Positions 1 through 9,179 of a DNA stretch of 59,684 nt are shown here, in pieces (the stretch's first letter is position 1; each line of letters opens with the position of its first letter). The stretch lies in contig JAQUMX010000007.1 of assembly GCA_028717885.1 (NCBI GenBank), forward strand, positions 1 to 59,684, given 5' to 3'. The notes under the pieces were generated by a model, which was not told the DNA's origin, made no database searches, and worked only from the letters and a program-made list of their open reading frames with translations. Position numbers and translations under genes: made by a program. This stretch comes from Candidatus Omnitrophota bacterium. GTDB taxonomy: Bacteria > Omnitrophota > Gorgyraeia > Gygaellales > Profunditerraquicolaceae.

Positions 1-893
<893 letters not shown>

Positions 894-999
894 ATTTATT
901 CGAAGTATTATGATAACGGCTCTAATGATTTTTTGTTTTTTTACCTCTTGAAATTGACCCAGATAACTTGCGTTATCAAGGCCACGCTTGGCTATCCAA

Positions 1000-1012
1000 T
1001 TATCAAAAGAAC
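1000..1012 (-). promoter_or_regulatory. boxA-like antitermination element in the rrn leader
   Basis: GTTCTTTTGATAA on the minus strand about 110 nt upstream of 16S; resembles rrn boxA. Confidence 0.5.
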
Positions 1013-1080
1013 GGTGATTAAATCTATTGTATAAGACACCCGAACCTAAAGGATGGTTCGGTGTGCCGCCTTCTGCGGCA

Positions 1081-1115
1081 AACAAAAAGACGCCCCGACA
1101 ACTGCCGGGGCGTCT
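1081..1115 (-). terminator. GC-rich hairpin plus U-run inside the rrn leader
   Basis: AGACGCCCCG-N8-CGGGGCGTCT followed by TTTTGTT on the minus strand. Confidence 0.5.
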
Positions 1116-1232
1116 AAAATTTACAAAACGCCGCTAGTCGGTTTTTTAACTGCTATCCGAATTTGTCAATGCTGTTGTATTTAATATTCACTAATTTAAA
1201 CAGCCTACCCTTTCTTTAAGGATGGGATATTA

Positions 1233-1260
1233 AATATAACAGATAATTGTTTTTTGTCAA
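1233..1260 (-). promoter_or_regulatory. sigma70-type rRNA promoter
   Basis: TTGACA(1260-1255)-16 bp-TATATT(1238-1233) with a TGn extension and an AT-rich UP-like tract at 1261-1280. A second TTGACA at 1169-1164 has a weak -10. Confidence 0.75.
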
Positions 1261-1295
1261 GTATTTTTTTAATAAAATTATAAGTGATGTAATTA

Positions 1296-1328
1296 CATAG
1301 TGTTTATCGTCTATGATAATGCACTATG
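1296..1328 (-). terminator. Imperfect hairpin just downstream of pilC
   Basis: CATAGTG..TTATC / GATAA..CACTATG inverted repeat; no clear U-run. Confidence 0.35.
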
Positions 1329-1341
1329 GGGGGGTATTACG

Positions 1342-2547
1342 CTACTTAGAAATCAGCTGCGTAATCTTAAAGATCGGCAGGAACAGTGAGATTACGATTC
1401 CGCCGATGATAATACCCAGGAAAGAGATAACCAAAGGCTCGATCATGCTGGTTAGGCCGGAAACCGCGGCATCCACCTGGTCATCGTAGAAATCGGCTAT
1501 TTTGGTAAGCATTTTTTCCAACTGCCCGGTCTGCTCTCCTACGCTGATCATCCTGGTAACCATAGGAGGAAAAACTCCGCTCTTAGCTAACGGCGCAGAG
1601 ATCCTTTCGCCTTCGCGCACCGAAGTACGGCAATCCGAGATCGCTTGCTCAACTACCTTATTCCCGGCAGTCTTGGAAACAATATCCAGGGCGCTTAATA
1701 CCGAAACGCCACTCTTAACTAACGTAGAAAATGTCCGGGAAAATTTTGCTACTGCCACTTTACGGAAAAGCGGCCCTAAAATCGGCGCTTTCAATTTCTG
1801 CCCGTCAAACTGCATCTTCCCTTTTGGAGTATTGATATATTTCTTAAAAAGAAAACCTCCTGCAACGAAAACGCCTACCACCGGCAGGAAGAAATGTTTT
1901 AAGACATCGCTGATGCCAATCAATATGCGGGTAGGCAAAGGCAGCTCTCCTCCCAACATATCAAAGATCCCTTTAAATGTAGGTACGACTTTCAGCAGCA
2001 GAACCGCAGTAATCAAAAGCGACATGGAAACTACTACTGCGGGGTAAATCAGGCTGGAGGTAACTTTTCGGGTCAATGCTGCGGTTTTTTCCAGGTAAGT
2101 TGCCAACCTATCCAAAACCTCATCCAACATACCCGAAGCTTCTCCTGCCTGCGTCATATTGATAAAAAGATCGGAGAATACCGCCGGATGCTTGGCTAAA
2201 GCATCGGAAAAACTCAAACCGGCTTCGATATCTTTACGTGCGGCAGCTACCACTGCCTGAAGGTTTTTATTTTCGATCTGTTCGCTCAAAATCCCCAATG
2301 CCTGAACCACCGGAATACCTGCATCGATCATGGTGGCTAATTGCCGGGAAAAAATTACCAGGTCATCGAGTTTAACCTTGCCTCCGGCTTTTCCTTTTGC
2401 CGCAGCTTGTTTCTTAGCCTGCTTGACTGCCAAAATAATCAATTCTTTCTTATGCAAAGACTCGGTAACTTCCGCTTCGCTGTTTACTTCCAGCGTGCCG
2501 GTTACGGTTTGGCCGTTCCTGTCTTTAGCAGTATATTGGAAGATCAT
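1342..2547 (-). CDS. pilC: Type IV pilus inner-membrane platform protein PilC (GspF family)
   Basis: FSRQLATMIDAG, AGEASGMLDEVL and GEQTGQLEKML motifs; two GspF repeats with three TM helices. Confidence 0.95.
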   Translation of the reverse strand: MIFQYTAKDRNGQTVTGTLEVNSEAEVTESLHKKELIILAVKQAKKQAAAKGKAGGKVKLDDLVIFSRQLATMIDAGIPVVQALGILSEQIENKNLQAVVAAARKDIEAGLSFSDALAKHPAVFSDLFINMTQAGEASGMLDEVLDRLATYLEKTAALTRKVTSSLIYPAVVVSMSLLITAVLLLKVVPTFKGIFDMLGGELPLPTRILIGISDVLKHFFLPVVGVFVAGGFLFKKYINTPKGKMQFDGQKLKAPILGPLFRKVAVAKFSRTFSTLVKSGVSVLSALDIVSKTAGNKVVEQAISDCRTSVREGERISAPLAKSGVFPPMVTRMISVGEQTGQLEKMLTKIADFYDDQVDAAVSGLTSMIEPLVISFLGIIIGGIVISLFLPIFKITQLISK

Positions 2548-3617
2548 ATTTTATCCACAATCCTCAAGAAACATTCCACTACTTTGGGATCAAACTGCGT
2601 TCCGTTGTGTTTTTCGATTTCCCTGACAGCCGCTTCTTTGGTTAAAGGGATTTTTCGATAAGAACGCGCCGAGGTCATCGCTTCGTACGCATCTGCCAGA
2701 TGAATGATCCTGGCGCCTAAAGAAATCTCCTCTCCTTTTAAGCCATCAGGGTATCCCGAACCGTCAAAATGTTCATGATGCTGACGGATTAATTCTATCA
2801 CGCCATGCAGAAAAGTCAACGGCTCCAAAATCTGCGCTCCAGTCAAAGGATGCCGCTTCATCAGCTCCCATTCTTCCTTGTTTAATTCCGCAGGTTTGAT
2901 CAAAATATTATCTTGGATGCCGATTTTGCCCAAATCATGCAATTCACAGGCTTCCCGGATTAGCTCGATATCCTTGGCAGAAAGATGCATCTCTTCGGAA
3001 ATAAGCGTAGCGTATTTCGCGACATTCTGCGAATGGCTGTGCGTATAATGATCCCGGGCGTCGATTGCCTGGGCGAGTGCGCGGATCGTGCGCATATAAG
3101 TAGAGCGCAGGTCTTCGTAAAGCCGGGTTAAATTTTTCGTCGAGTCTTCGATGCGTTTAGCCAAAAGCGTATTCTGTTTTTGCAGGGACAAATTCTGTTC
3201 TCTGATACTATGCTGCAGCTTACGGTGCGCCAAAGACATCGTATGCAGGTCAATCCCTTTCTTCACTAAAAAATCCAATTTCCTGTCATCGATCGGCAAA
3301 CTGATAAAATCATAGATTCCTAACTGGAGGTTAGTTTTAATCAACACCGGGTCGTCCTGCTCGATTAAAGCGATAATCACCACGTCGGGATCGACTTTGC
3401 GTAATTGCGCCACGGTTTCCGCCGCATCAAAATAAGGCATATCTAACTTAATAATTACCAAATCAAAAGCAGTGGTTTTGAAAGTTTCGATTCCTGCCGG
3501 GCCGTTATGCTCCGCAAAGAAAGAAATACTGGCTTGCCCTTGCGCAGCCATCTTTGCCTTTAAATAAGTGGTAATTTCGCTGTTATTGTTAATCAGTAAA
3601 ATTTTCGGATCTGCCAT
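2544..3617 (-). CDS. Pseudo-receiver + coiled coil + HD-GYP cyclic-dinucleotide phosphodiesterase
   Basis: HS..V, LHDLGKI, HHEHFDGSGYP, AD..RSYR. The N-terminal REC-like fold lacks the acidic pocket and the phospho-Asp. Confidence 0.9.
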   Translation of the reverse strand: MADPKILLINNNSEITTYLKAKMAAQGQASISFFAEHNGPAGIETFKTTAFDLVIIKLDMPYFDAAETVAQLRKVDPDVVIIALIEQDDPVLIKTNLQLGIYDFISLPIDDRKLDFLVKKGIDLHTMSLAHRKLQHSIREQNLSLQKQNTLLAKRIEDSTKNLTRLYEDLRSTYMRTIRALAQAIDARDHYTHSHSQNVAKYATLISEEMHLSAKDIELIREACELHDLGKIGIQDNILIKPAELNKEEWELMKRHPLTGAQILEPLTFLHGVIELIRQHHEHFDGSGYPDGLKGEEISLGARIIHLADAYEAMTSARSYRKIPLTKEAAVREIEKHNGTQFDPKVVECFLRIVDKI

Positions 3618-3641
3618 AGTTGTTCTCCCCTTAAGTTGTAA

Positions 3642-5345
3642 TTATTCCTCGGTAGTTATCCTTAAGGCTTCGTCGAGAGAAGTTAGCCCATCTTTCACCT
3701 TTAGAAAAGCATCGTCCCTTAAGGTGCGCATGCCGCGTTTTTCGATTGCGTATTTTTTGATATCGTCGATGGATTTCTTGCGCATCACCAGGTCGCGGAT
3801 CTCATCATCAATCATAATTACTTCCAGGATTGCGATTCTTCCGTAAAAACCTGTATTATTGCAATAGGAACAGCCTTGCGCGGTATAAAATTTTGTTTTT
3901 TCCTTAAAACCGATTTTCTGCAAGAAATCAGGGCTGATCTCCGTAGGTTTCCTGCATTTCAGGCAAAGTTTGCGCGCCAACCTCTGGGCGCAGAGCATAA
4001 TCAGGCTCGACGCCACTAAAAACGGCTCAACCCCCATATCGATCAGGCGCGTAACACTGGAAATAGCATCATTAGTATGCAATGTAGATAATACTACCTG
4101 GCCGGTCAATGCCGCTTTTACCGCAATATCCGCGGTTTCTGCGTCCCTGATTTCTCCGATAAGAATGACATCCGGGCTCTGGCGCAGCAAGGAACGCAGC
4201 CCCGAAGAAAAATCCAGGCCGATATCCGGCCTTGCCTGCACCTGGGTAATACCTTCGATCTGGTATTCTACCGGGTCTTCAATAGTAATGATATTTCGTT
4301 CCGGAGTATTAAGCTGGTTTAAAACTGAGTACAAAGTGGTGGATTTTCCTGATCCCGTTGGGCCTGTAACCAGGATCATGCCAAATGGCTTTGCCACCGC
4401 TTCTTTAAAAACCCTCTTTGGCTCGTCGGAAAAACCCAGCTGCTCCAATCCGATCGAAAGGTTTGATTTATCCAGCAAACGCAAAACGAACTTTTGCCCG
4501 AAAGTCGTAGGCAAAGCAGAAACGCGAAAATCCACTTCCTTGTTTTCGAACTTCACTTTAAACCTGCCATCCTGCGGCAGCCGGTTTTCCGTAATATCCA
4601 AATTAGAGATAATTTTTAACCTCGCCAACACTGCATTCTGGTTTTTCTTCGGCAGTTTCAAAATATCATGCAGAGAGCCGTCAATGCGGTACCTGACCCG
4701 CAAACAATCCTCTTCCGGCTCGATATGGATATCCGAAGCCCGCTTTTTAAGCGCCTGGGTAAGCATTAACTCTACAATCTTGATAATCGGAGGCTTTTCG
4801 CTTTCTTTAATCGCACTGGAAAGCTCGATCTCCTCGGGCTTAATTCTCTGCGTATCATCAGAACCTTGCCCTTCGCCGCTCTCATCCAGGATCTGTTGAA
4901 TATCCTTGGTATCTTGGTGATACTGGGTTTCAATCATATGCATGATTTCTGTTTCCGAGCTTAAAACCGTATCTATATTGCATCCGGTAAGTGTCTTTAA
5001 ATCATCGAGCGCAAAAATATTCAAAGGGTCCGACATTGCTACGGTCAGGGTGTTGCCGATACGCGAAAGCGGAATAATTGAATATTGCTTGGCAAGGCGC
5101 TCCGGGATAAGGCTTAAGATTTCCGGGTCGAATTTATATTTTGCCAGATGTAAAGTCGGGATAAACAGCTCCTCGGAAAGGAGCGACAAAAGCTGATCCT
5201 CGGTAATTAATTTCTGCTGGATGAGGATTTTACGCAAAGGCGCTTGCTTGGCTTTCTGCGCCTCGATAGCCTTATCCAGCTGCTCTTTGCTCAGCTGTTT
5301 ACTCTTGATCAAGATTTCGACAATACTTTCTCTTAAACTATGCAT
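3642..5345 (-). CDS. pilB: Type IV pilus assembly ATPase PilB/GspE, paralog 2
   Basis: Walker A GPTGSGKST, Walker B ILIGEIRD, STLHT, tetracysteine CLKC..CSYC. Confidence 0.92.
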   Translation of the reverse strand: MHSLRESIVEILIKSKQLSKEQLDKAIEAQKAKQAPLRKILIQQKLITEDQLLSLLSEELFIPTLHLAKYKFDPEILSLIPERLAKQYSIIPLSRIGNTLTVAMSDPLNIFALDDLKTLTGCNIDTVLSSETEIMHMIETQYHQDTKDIQQILDESGEGQGSDDTQRIKPEEIELSSAIKESEKPPIIKIVELMLTQALKKRASDIHIEPEEDCLRVRYRIDGSLHDILKLPKKNQNAVLARLKIISNLDITENRLPQDGRFKVKFENKEVDFRVSALPTTFGQKFVLRLLDKSNLSIGLEQLGFSDEPKRVFKEAVAKPFGMILVTGPTGSGKSTTLYSVLNQLNTPERNIITIEDPVEYQIEGITQVQARPDIGLDFSSGLRSLLRQSPDVILIGEIRDAETADIAVKAALTGQVVLSTLHTNDAISSVTRLIDMGVEPFLVASSLIMLCAQRLARKLCLKCRKPTEISPDFLQKIGFKEKTKFYTAQGCSYCNNTGFYGRIAILEVIMIDDEIRDLVMRKKSIDDIKKYAIEKRGMRTLRDDAFLKVKDGLTSLDEALRITTEE

Positions 5346-5348
5346 GGA

Positions 5349-7055
5349 TTATTCGTCGGGAGCGGTGACGCGCACCACTTCTTCCAAAGTAGTCAAGCCT
5401 TTCAGCGCCGCTGCCACTCCATCCTCTCTTAAAGTATGCATACCTTCCTGCCTTGCTTGCTCTTTGATCAAATGCTCCTGCGCGCGGGACAAAATAAGTT
5501 CCCTGATCTTTGGCGTTAAAACCAGCATTTCCGCAATCCCCACCCTACCGCTGTAACCGGAATTAAAACACTGCGGGCAGCCTTTGCCTTTAAAGAACTG
5601 CGTTTGTGAAATGCCTAATTTAAGGTTTTGTGCTACTTCTTTATCCAAGGTATATTTTTCTTTACAGTGGTCGCAGATTTTTCTTACCAAACGTTGCGCC
5701 ACCACACAAATCAGGGAAGAATTAATCAAAAAAGGCTCGACCCCCATGTTTACCAAACGCACGATTGCACCCTGCGCAGTAGTGGTATGTAAAGTAGATA
5801 ATACCAAATGCCCGGTTAAAGCGCTTTTAATGGCAATATCCACGGTTTCAAAATCGCGGATTTCTCCGATCATGATTACATTCGGGTCCTGCCTTAAAAT
5901 AGAGCGCAAAGCGCTGGCAAAGGTAAGGCCAATGTCAGGCTTAATCGTCACCTGATTGATCCCTTCCAGCTGGAATTCAACCGGATCCTCAACGGTAACG
6001 ATATTTTTTTCCGGGTTATCGACAAATTTCAACACCGAATAAAGCGTGGTTGTCTTTCCTGCGCCGGTTGGCCCGCAAACCAAAATCATCCCGTGAGGCA
6101 TTATGGATAATTTTTTTAATTTAGCGACAAACTCCGAATTAAAACCTAACTTCTCGATATCGAGCATTGCCTGGGTCTTATCCAGAATACGAATCGCAAC
6201 TTTCTCTCCGAAGCTTGAAGGCAAAATAGAAACGCGAAAATCGATTTCCCTGCCGAAAAGGTGCGCCTTGAACCTGCCGTCTTGCGGAAGGCGGTGCTCG
6301 GCAATATCCAAATCCGACATGACCTTGATCCTGGAAATAATCATCGGGTGCATTGCCTTGGGAGGGGCGGTCTGCTCCTGTAAAATACCGTCAAGGCGGA
6401 AACGGATCCTTAATTTCTTTTCCAAAGGCTCAATCAGGATATCGGATGATTTCTTTTTTACCCCTTCCTGCACGATCATATTGGTAATTTTGATTACCGG
6501 CGCATCCCAGCTGGAACGGCCCAATTCCTGGTCGCTGGGCAGAGTTTCCCTTTCTTCCTTAATCAATTCGATGGAAGTTGCCGCCATCTCCCGCACCAGG
6601 TTATCGATGACCCCGCCGGTAGCATCGGGATAGTACAATTCTATAGTCTGGTTAATATCCTTGCTGGAAGAAATTATCGGATTGATTTTATAACCGGTAA
6701 ATAACTGCACATGGTCAATGGCAAAAATATTCAACGGGTCAGCCATGGCAAGGGTGATAGTGTCACCCATCTTAGAGATAGGCACGATCTGATAGTGGTG
6801 GGCAATATCGATTGGAATAGTCTTTACTACTTCGGGATCGACCTTGAAGCGTTTTAAATCGATCAGAGGAAAACCTAGGCCCTGGCTCAGCGCGGAAATT
6901 AAATCCTTCTCCTCGATGAATTTCAGCTCTACGATAATATCGCTAAGCCTGCCGCCTTTTTTCTTCTGCTCCTCCAGGGCCTGATGCAACTGATCCTGGG
7001 TAAGCAGTTTATTATTGATTAGGATTTCCGTAAGGCGGTCTTTTAGTGAAAACAT
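5349..7055 (-). CDS. pilB: Type IV pilus assembly ATPase PilB/GspE, paralog 1
   Basis: Walker A GPTGAGKTT, IMIGEIRD, HLVLSTLHT, CDHC..CPQC; MshEN-like N-terminus. Confidence 0.92.
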   Translation of the reverse strand: MFSLKDRLTEILINNKLLTQDQLHQALEEQKKKGGRLSDIIVELKFIEEKDLISALSQGLGFPLIDLKRFKVDPEVVKTIPIDIAHHYQIVPISKMGDTITLAMADPLNIFAIDHVQLFTGYKINPIISSSKDINQTIELYYPDATGGVIDNLVREMAATSIELIKEERETLPSDQELGRSSWDAPVIKITNMIVQEGVKKKSSDILIEPLEKKLRIRFRLDGILQEQTAPPKAMHPMIISRIKVMSDLDIAEHRLPQDGRFKAHLFGREIDFRVSILPSSFGEKVAIRILDKTQAMLDIEKLGFNSEFVAKLKKLSIMPHGMILVCGPTGAGKTTTLYSVLKFVDNPEKNIVTVEDPVEFQLEGINQVTIKPDIGLTFASALRSILRQDPNVIMIGEIRDFETVDIAIKSALTGHLVLSTLHTTTAQGAIVRLVNMGVEPFLINSSLICVVAQRLVRKICDHCKEKYTLDKEVAQNLKLGISQTQFFKGKGCPQCFNSGYSGRVGIAEMLVLTPKIRELILSRAQEHLIKEQARQEGMHTLREDGVAAALKGLTTLEEVVRVTAPDE

Positions 7056-7060
7056 TTTTT

Positions 7061-7109
7061 CAGCTATCAGCTATCAGCTATCAGCTATCAGCTATCAGCT
7101 GAAAGCTAA
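7061..7109. repeat. Heptamer tandem repeat (CAGCTAT)x5 plus 2 variants
   Basis: cagctat x5, cagctga, aagctaa fill the gap before the pilB start. Confidence 0.97.
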
Positions 7110-7113
7110 TTCT

Positions 7114-7563
7114 TTATTCCTTCTCCTTATAATATTTCTGAATTGCTCTTTTTACGTCCGAAGAAGTTGAAACAAAGGTCTGAACAGTGCAACCGGTAGT
7201 CATCTCCACATCTTCAATTGCCTGCACATTCAGTGGGTTTGACATTGCTATCGTAAGGTTATTGCCGATTTTATCGATCGGGATCAAAAGGAATTGTTTG
7301 GCTACCCTACCGGGGATAAGGCCGATTACCTCGGGATTGATTTCATAATTGGCTAACGGCAAATAAGGAAAACCGTATTGGGCGGTGAGTGCCTGGGCAA
7401 TATCTTCTTCCTTGCAGAAGCCCAGCTCAACCAAAACTTCTCCGATCAGTCCACCTTTCTCCTTCTGGTTGGCAAGGCCCTTCTCCAACTGCTGCTCATT
7501 AATGATCCCCCATTCTAAGAGCAGCTCGCCTAATTGCTTATTGGTATTCCTTCTGATCGGCAT
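7114..7563 (-). CDS. Stand-alone MshEN / GspE N-terminal domain protein (probable c-di-GMP receptor)
   Basis: QLGELLLEWGIINEQQLEKGLANQ and LIGEVLVELGF match the tandem MshEN motif; no ATPase domain. Confidence 0.85.
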   Translation of the reverse strand: MPIRRNTNKQLGELLLEWGIINEQQLEKGLANQKEKGGLIGEVLVELGFCKEEDIAQALTAQYGFPYLPLANYEINPEVIGLIPGRVAKQFLLIPIDKIGNNLTIAMSNPLNVQAIEDVEMTTGCTVQTFVSTSSDVKRAIQKYYKEKE

Positions 7564-7579
7564 AATATTTTACCGGCGC

Positions 7580-9001
7580 TTAAACTGCAATCCGGTTTTT
7601 TCCTTGTTGTTTTGCATGGTTAGCCCGGTCTTTTGCCCGCGCGACTAATTCTTCTGCCTCGACGCCATCGAGCGGATTTTCGCTTACACCGCCGCTGCAG
7701 GTAATCTTCTTATTGTTATCCTGCTCTTCGGAAAAAACAAACTCGATCTTTTTTCTGATTTCCTCGGCAATAGTCTGCGCCTGCCTTTTATTTTTTTCCG
7801 GAAGGACAATAGCAAATTCATTGTCTCCGATCCTTCCTACGCGGTCGATTTCCGTCACAGATTCCCTGATGATTGCCGCTACTCTTTTTAAGGCCGCCTC
7901 GGTTTGCAGCGACCCGAAATTATCGTGGAATTTACGGAAGTTATCCAAATTAAGCAAAACATAGGCACAAGGCCTTTGGTAAGTAATTGCGCGCTTGATC
8001 TCTTCCTGCAGGCGGTTATGAATGAAAGTCTCGTTATAAAGCCCGGTTAAGGCATCCTTGATTTCCAGCTTTTCGATCCTATGCAACAGAAGATCGTTCT
8101 CGACGGCAATGGCGATTTGCTTGGCAAAAACATCAAGTAGCTCGATGTCGTCTTTCATAAAATTAAATTGCTCTTTGATATTGCCCACGCCCAAAAGCCC
8201 GACTAACCTGCCGCGTAAATAAATCGGCAAGGCTAAAACATTCCTTAAGCGGAATTGTTCAAGAAATAGGCTTTTCACATTTTCCGGTTGCGGATTATCT
8301 TTATCCAGGATTAGGGGCCTGCCTGTCTTAGCCAGTTTAGAAAGCATAGCTTCTTCAAATTCCGCTTCCAGCTTATAAAGATGCTGGGCATTCGGCCCGT
8401 CGGCAATCTTGGTATGAAAAACCGCTTTGTTCTCGTCCCGGAAGAGCAAAAATGCCAGGTCGGAATTTGCGATAAAGCGTGATTTCTCTACGGTAAGCTT
8501 AAGGATTTCTTCCAGTTTTGCGCTTTGCGTAATCAGGGAACTGATTTGCAGCAGGCTGGAAAGCACCAAGATGCGCTTTTGAATTTCCAGGTTGATTTCG
8601 GTAGTTTTTTCGCTGTAGTTCTTAAGCTCATCCATATTATTACGGATGCGATTAGTCAGCTGGTTTAAAGCATCACCTAAATCACCCACCTCATCTTCGC
8701 GCTCGATATCGAGTTTACGGGTAATGTCTCCGGCGGCAATCATTTTTGCTTCCGTAGATACGGAAAGGATCCGGTCAAAGACTTGCTTTATCACAAAAAA
8801 CCCCAGGAAAGCGACAAAAAAACTTATTCCCAGGGTAGCCATGACTTCGAAACGCAAGCCAAAACGCGGCAGGATATAATTTGAAACCAAGTAGACCGAA
8901 ACCAATAACGGCAATACTGCCATCAAATACAATGCCAACCTTAATTTATATTTTAAACCCCGGGACGCAAAGGAGACTCTCTTACTGCTCTGTTTTTTCA
9001 T
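7580..9001 (-). CDS. Membrane HAMP-GAF-GGDEF protein with degenerate active site
   Basis: Two TM helices, HAMP (DEVGDLGDALNQL), GAF, DALTGLYN; signature reads RIGDNEF. Confidence 0.88.
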   Translation of the reverse strand: MKKQSSKRVSFASRGLKYKLRLALYLMAVLPLLVSVYLVSNYILPRFGLRFEVMATLGISFFVAFLGFFVIKQVFDRILSVSTEAKMIAAGDITRKLDIEREDEVGDLGDALNQLTNRIRNNMDELKNYSEKTTEINLEIQKRILVLSSLLQISSLITQSAKLEEILKLTVEKSRFIANSDLAFLLFRDENKAVFHTKIADGPNAQHLYKLEAEFEEAMLSKLAKTGRPLILDKDNPQPENVKSLFLEQFRLRNVLALPIYLRGRLVGLLGVGNIKEQFNFMKDDIELLDVFAKQIAIAVENDLLLHRIEKLEIKDALTGLYNETFIHNRLQEEIKRAITYQRPCAYVLLNLDNFRKFHDNFGSLQTEAALKRVAAIIRESVTEIDRVGRIGDNEFAIVLPEKNKRQAQTIAEEIRKKIEFVFSEEQDNNKKITCSGGVSENPLDGVEAEELVARAKDRANHAKQQGKNRIAV

Positions 9002-9015
9002 CTTCTTCTCCCCTT

Positions 9016-9147
9016 AATAAGCACATGACTTACGAACACGTAAGCGCGAGTAAGTCATTGTGCGAATTAATCCCCACGCCAATTTGCGTGGGGACAAATT
9101 CAGCCACAGGCTTACGTTCACTTTGTTCCGTAAGCCTAGGCTTTATT
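9016..9147. repeat. Multi-hairpin element, copy A (H1-H2-H3)
   Basis: TGACTTAC/GTAAGTCA, TCCCCACGC/GCGTGGGGA and AGGCTTACG/CGTAAGCCT, closed by AATAA/TTATT; homologous to copies at 18446, 51691 and 57156. Confidence 0.85.
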
Positions 9148-9150
9148 CGA

Positions 9151-9179
9151 ATTATATTACTTATTTGTTTTTTATGCAA
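9151..9179 (-). promoter_or_regulatory. Probable promoter of the GGDEF-MshEN-pilB-pilB-HD-GYP-pilC operon
   Basis: TTGCAT-17 bp-TAATAT on the minus strand; predicted start near 9144. Confidence 0.55.

Noticed and set aside
7061-7109. Possible CRISPR array (also 23784-23853)
   Set aside because: 7-nt units with no spacers and no cas genes; these are microsatellites.
9016-9147. c-di-GMP riboswitch in front of the pilus operon
   Set aside because: No GEMM-I or class II core recognisable, and homologous copies occur in unrelated contexts and both orientations.
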